Shown in pieces: positions 60,596 to 64,000 of a stretch of 64,000 nucleotides of DNA (within the stretch, counting starts at the first letter, position 1; each line of letters begins with the position of its first letter). The position numbers and the translations under genes are program-made. Source of the stretch: Ostrea edulis. Lineage: Eukaryota. The stretch spans positions 124,001 through 188,000 of the forward strand of contig NC_079167.1 in the NCBI RefSeq assembly GCF_947568905.1, given 5' to 3'. Under the pieces are notes generated by a model. The model was not told the origin of the DNA, made no database searches, and saw only the letters and a program-made list of their open reading frames with translations.

Positions 60596-63069
60596 AAAAG
60601 ACAGTGTGCAATGATGGTGTACCACAGAGCTGAATCGACCTTAAATTCCAATCCAATTCCTTAACCCTAGTTCTGATGTAATTCGGCAGTCCTGCTGAAC
60701 AGACGATTCCAGTCGTATTATTCAAGTTAATCTATTTACACAACTATTCCCCCTTTAATAACGTTTGAATTACAATGTGAAACTTAATGACCCAATTTTA
60801 AATTAACGTCCCTAGATTTTACCAGTATCATGATCAATGGTAAACCACCTGTTAAACAAACATTTTATGATAGTTCTCAGGTGGATTAAAATCAGCAGAT
60901 ACCATGACCTGCAGTCACCTGAGAAAGCTGTTTCGATAATAATAATAGACAATAATTACCGACATTTATATTGATGTATTACCTTCGAGATATCAAACAT
61001 TTGTCATATGCACAGTCGTTAAATAGTCAACGTTGGTACAGAAATGAAAGTCAGTATACCCAAATATGAGATATGTTTTATGATTCTATTTCAGATCGCA
61101 TGCGCTCGATTTCAAAATGTTCTGTAACAATTGTAAAACTCGTTATATATTGATCGCTAGAAATTCAGTTAGTTTTAATTTCACCGGATATACTTTCTGC
61201 ACCAAAACTTTTCAGAATTTGACCTGTAAATCTTCTAACGTTGTGTCTTGCTGTGCCATTTCGGTATGTCAGCGGATTTTTGTCTGCACGCAGTGGTCAT
61301 TTTCATTCATATATTAGTTCGATATATCCCTGTGGTCTCGAGGTCTGGGACACCACGTAATCCTCTTTGTCTCCTTAGTGATTGTGGGTTTTTTTAAAGA
61401 TAAAATAATTACGACATGCTTGCGGCTCGGCTTTGTGACATGCGAGGTGGTTTTGGCTTCTCCATCGTCAGGCTACTGACAAACAACCTGATGTTGCAGG
61501 GGTTTGAATAGTTCGATCTAATAGAATACACTGGTGATAATGGAATATTGCTAATAATTATGAGAAGTTGACGATGGCGAAGCTGAATTAATTAAGGTTA
61601 GGGTCATAAACTGAAAGTGTTAGATTACCGTTAATATCTGTTTTCCATAAACTATTATGGTGAATTTAAAGAATAACATATCAAAGGACAAACTAAAAGT
61701 GTAATTTTACTTCGACAGAAATAACGATTACCTTACCAGAGATAGAAAAATCACTAGAACGCCAGTACTCACGATATTCATTTACTCCTCCTGGGCACAT
61801 GATCCCACCTCTGGTGTGTCTAGGGGTCCGTGTTTCCCCAACTATCTATTTTGTATTGCTTGTAGGAGTTATGGGATTGATCACTGTTCGTTATCTTCAC
61901 CTTGCATCTAAGCAATGTGTTCATGGTAAGAGTCTGGTGGTTAATTCATTGACTGGTTTTAAAATTTAAAATTCAGGCCCCTTTACGAGGATCTACTGAA
62001 AATGACATCTAACAAGGGGTGCTTACTCCTCCTGGGCAGGGTCTCTATCTTGTTATGTGTATTCTATAATCTTTTGATGTATGTTTAATATCACCTTATC
62101 CCACCTCTAATGTGTCCAGGGATCCGTGTTTGCCCAACTCTCTATTTCATATTGCTTGTAGCAGTTATGAGATTTATCACTGTTCGTTATCTTCACCTTT
62201 CATGGATTATTGTTCATTATATTCACCTTTCACTTTACATCTGATTATATATTATGCGTTCGGCAAGCATGGTTTCCAGTTTTGTCTGATACCTACCACG
62301 ACACAAGACATGAAGATATATTTAGATTTCAAACGAAATTAGAGCTCTACTTATCGTGCAGTTATGTTTATCTGAATATTTACTGATTTCCTAAATGTTA
62401 GCGGAAAATTGTAAAACGCATTACGGAATCAAAATTAATGTGTATATGAGTTCATTTTTGTGAGACCCGGAAGCACCAACTCTTCAAGCAAACGTATTTA
62501 TCCACTTTTGAGCTTTTAGTTCTAGTTGTATATTATATTTTAGAAGTCCTTGCTTCTATAACCAATTCTGAAATACACTATAACAGTATATCACATTAAG
62601 TCTCTATGATATTGAAAAATGTGTTTAGCAAGGACGTAATCATTTATCAGTGTGTATCTTGATATATTTATGGGTTTTCATCGTCTCTTTGCTAGTTTTC
62701 TAGTGCTCGGTTATGGGTCAGGGTTAGGATAACCCTAACCAACATGACGGATCTTGTAGAAAGTGTGCCATTATTCAGAAGTACCTCTCCATGACCTCAT
62801 TTTGGAATTATATTGCAATACCTGTCCACTTAGTGTCACTGTGAAAGTAAGAAGAAATTTGAACAATTGATTTATCTTGGGGAAGATGTGTCGTGACCAG
62901 AAAATAGGTTACTGTGACCTCATTTCAAAATCACAAATCACGCAATGACAGCTTGATATTTCCAGCATGGTGATATATTGTAAGTCTTCTACATATTTTC
63001 CAGAAGAGCGTATCATGTACACTAGTGGTGCACGTTATTCAATTTCAGAATAACTCTTGTGATTTATAG

Positions 63070-63167
63070 GCTCTTACCCGACAAAAATAGAAGAGCAATG
63101 CAGAGAAAACAAGAAATCGTCTAAATCTAATGCTAGAAGCATCCAGAGCACTTGATTTCTCCAAAAG
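63070..63167 (+). pseudogene. Mini-exon copy 4, 98 bp, frameshifted
   Basis: Splice sites intact, but 3-bp and 13-bp deletions give TGA after 28 codons. Confidence 0.7.
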
Positions 63168-64000
63168 GTAAGTCTGCGATTGTCTCTATTTTGAAAAATA
63201 TGCTTGTTATTCTTTCTTTATTTTCTATGATCATTCAACAACTTGAATCGCCATGAAAAACTGTGAAAATAACGAATAGTAATCAAGATACCATGGCTAC
63301 CTGATGCATGTTGGAGGTAATGTGTTGCAACTAGAATGTAGGTAATAATGTCTCATTATGAATGTTTATAGCTATACATTGATACAGGTCAGGATAAACC
63401 CAAAGACAAACTGAATCAATCACAAAGAATTCAAAGATTTAACAATTTAAAGAGAAATATATTAATGAAATACTACAAACTTTACTCAAAGGACATAAAA
63501 GACAGTGTGCAATGATGGTGTACCACAGAGCTGAATCGACCTTTAATTCCAATCCAATTCCTTAACCCTAGTTCTGATCTAATTCGGCAGCGTCCTGCTG
63601 AACAGAAGATTCTAGCCTTATCATTCAAGTTAATCTGCTTACACAACTCTTCCCCTTTAATAAAGTTGAAATTACAATGTGAAACTTAATGATCCAATTT
63701 TGAATTAACGTCCCTACATTTTACCTCTATCATGATCAATAGTAAACCACTTGTTAAGCAAACATTTTACGATAGTTCTCAGGTGGATTAAAATCAGCAG
63801 ATACCATGATCTGCAGTCACCTGGGAAAGCTGTTTCGATAATAATAATAGACAAAAATTACCGACATTTTTATTGATGTATTACCTTCGAGATATCAAAC
63901 ATTTGTCATATGCACAGTCGTTAAATAGTCAACGTTGGTACAGAAATGAAAGTCAGTATACCCAAATTAGAGATTGGCACGTTTCATTAAGAGATATGTT

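Larger units (their letters stand above)
56185..64000 (+). repeat. Tandem segmental duplication: block X 56185-61080 (contains a Naiad insertion) and block Y 61300-63975
   Basis: Colinear near-identical sequence, e.g. gatatatccctgtggtctcgagg at about 56220 and 61320; aaaagacagtgtgc at 60596 and 63497. Confidence 0.9.

Overview
AT-rich eukaryotic genomic DNA, most likely from an oyster-like bivalve (inferred from the repeat families and gene family; not provable from this window). One 141-nt N gap. Three layers. (1) A multi-exon host gene on the + strand encoding DZIP3-type HEPN, five Ig-like domains, a death-effector-like domain, an uncharacterised domain, 38-aa mini-exon repeats and a second, degenerate HEPN. 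Its first two coding exons are duplicated upstream. (2) A dense transposon load: many Naiad-type Penelope-like (PLE) fragments, one full-length but mutated Ty3/Gypsy LTR element, MITEs, LINE and Gypsy debris, and satellites. (3) The stand-out feature: a young ~9-kb insertion (18859-27841) that is an almost perfect head-to-head palindrome with ~4.13-kb arms and a 58-bp target-site duplication. It carries a PLE-type reverse transcriptase with no C-terminal endonuclease, followed by ~3.5 kb of 3' sequence. That sequence holds an unknown 140-aa ORF, a tRNA-derived Pol III A/B-box module, a hammerhead-like motif in non-canonical segment order and a structured, tail-less 3' end. The insertion cuts the duplicated host exon at the HEPN/Ig boundary, leaving a stand-alone HEPN ORF. 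All domain and clade names come from motif recognition by eye, not database searches.
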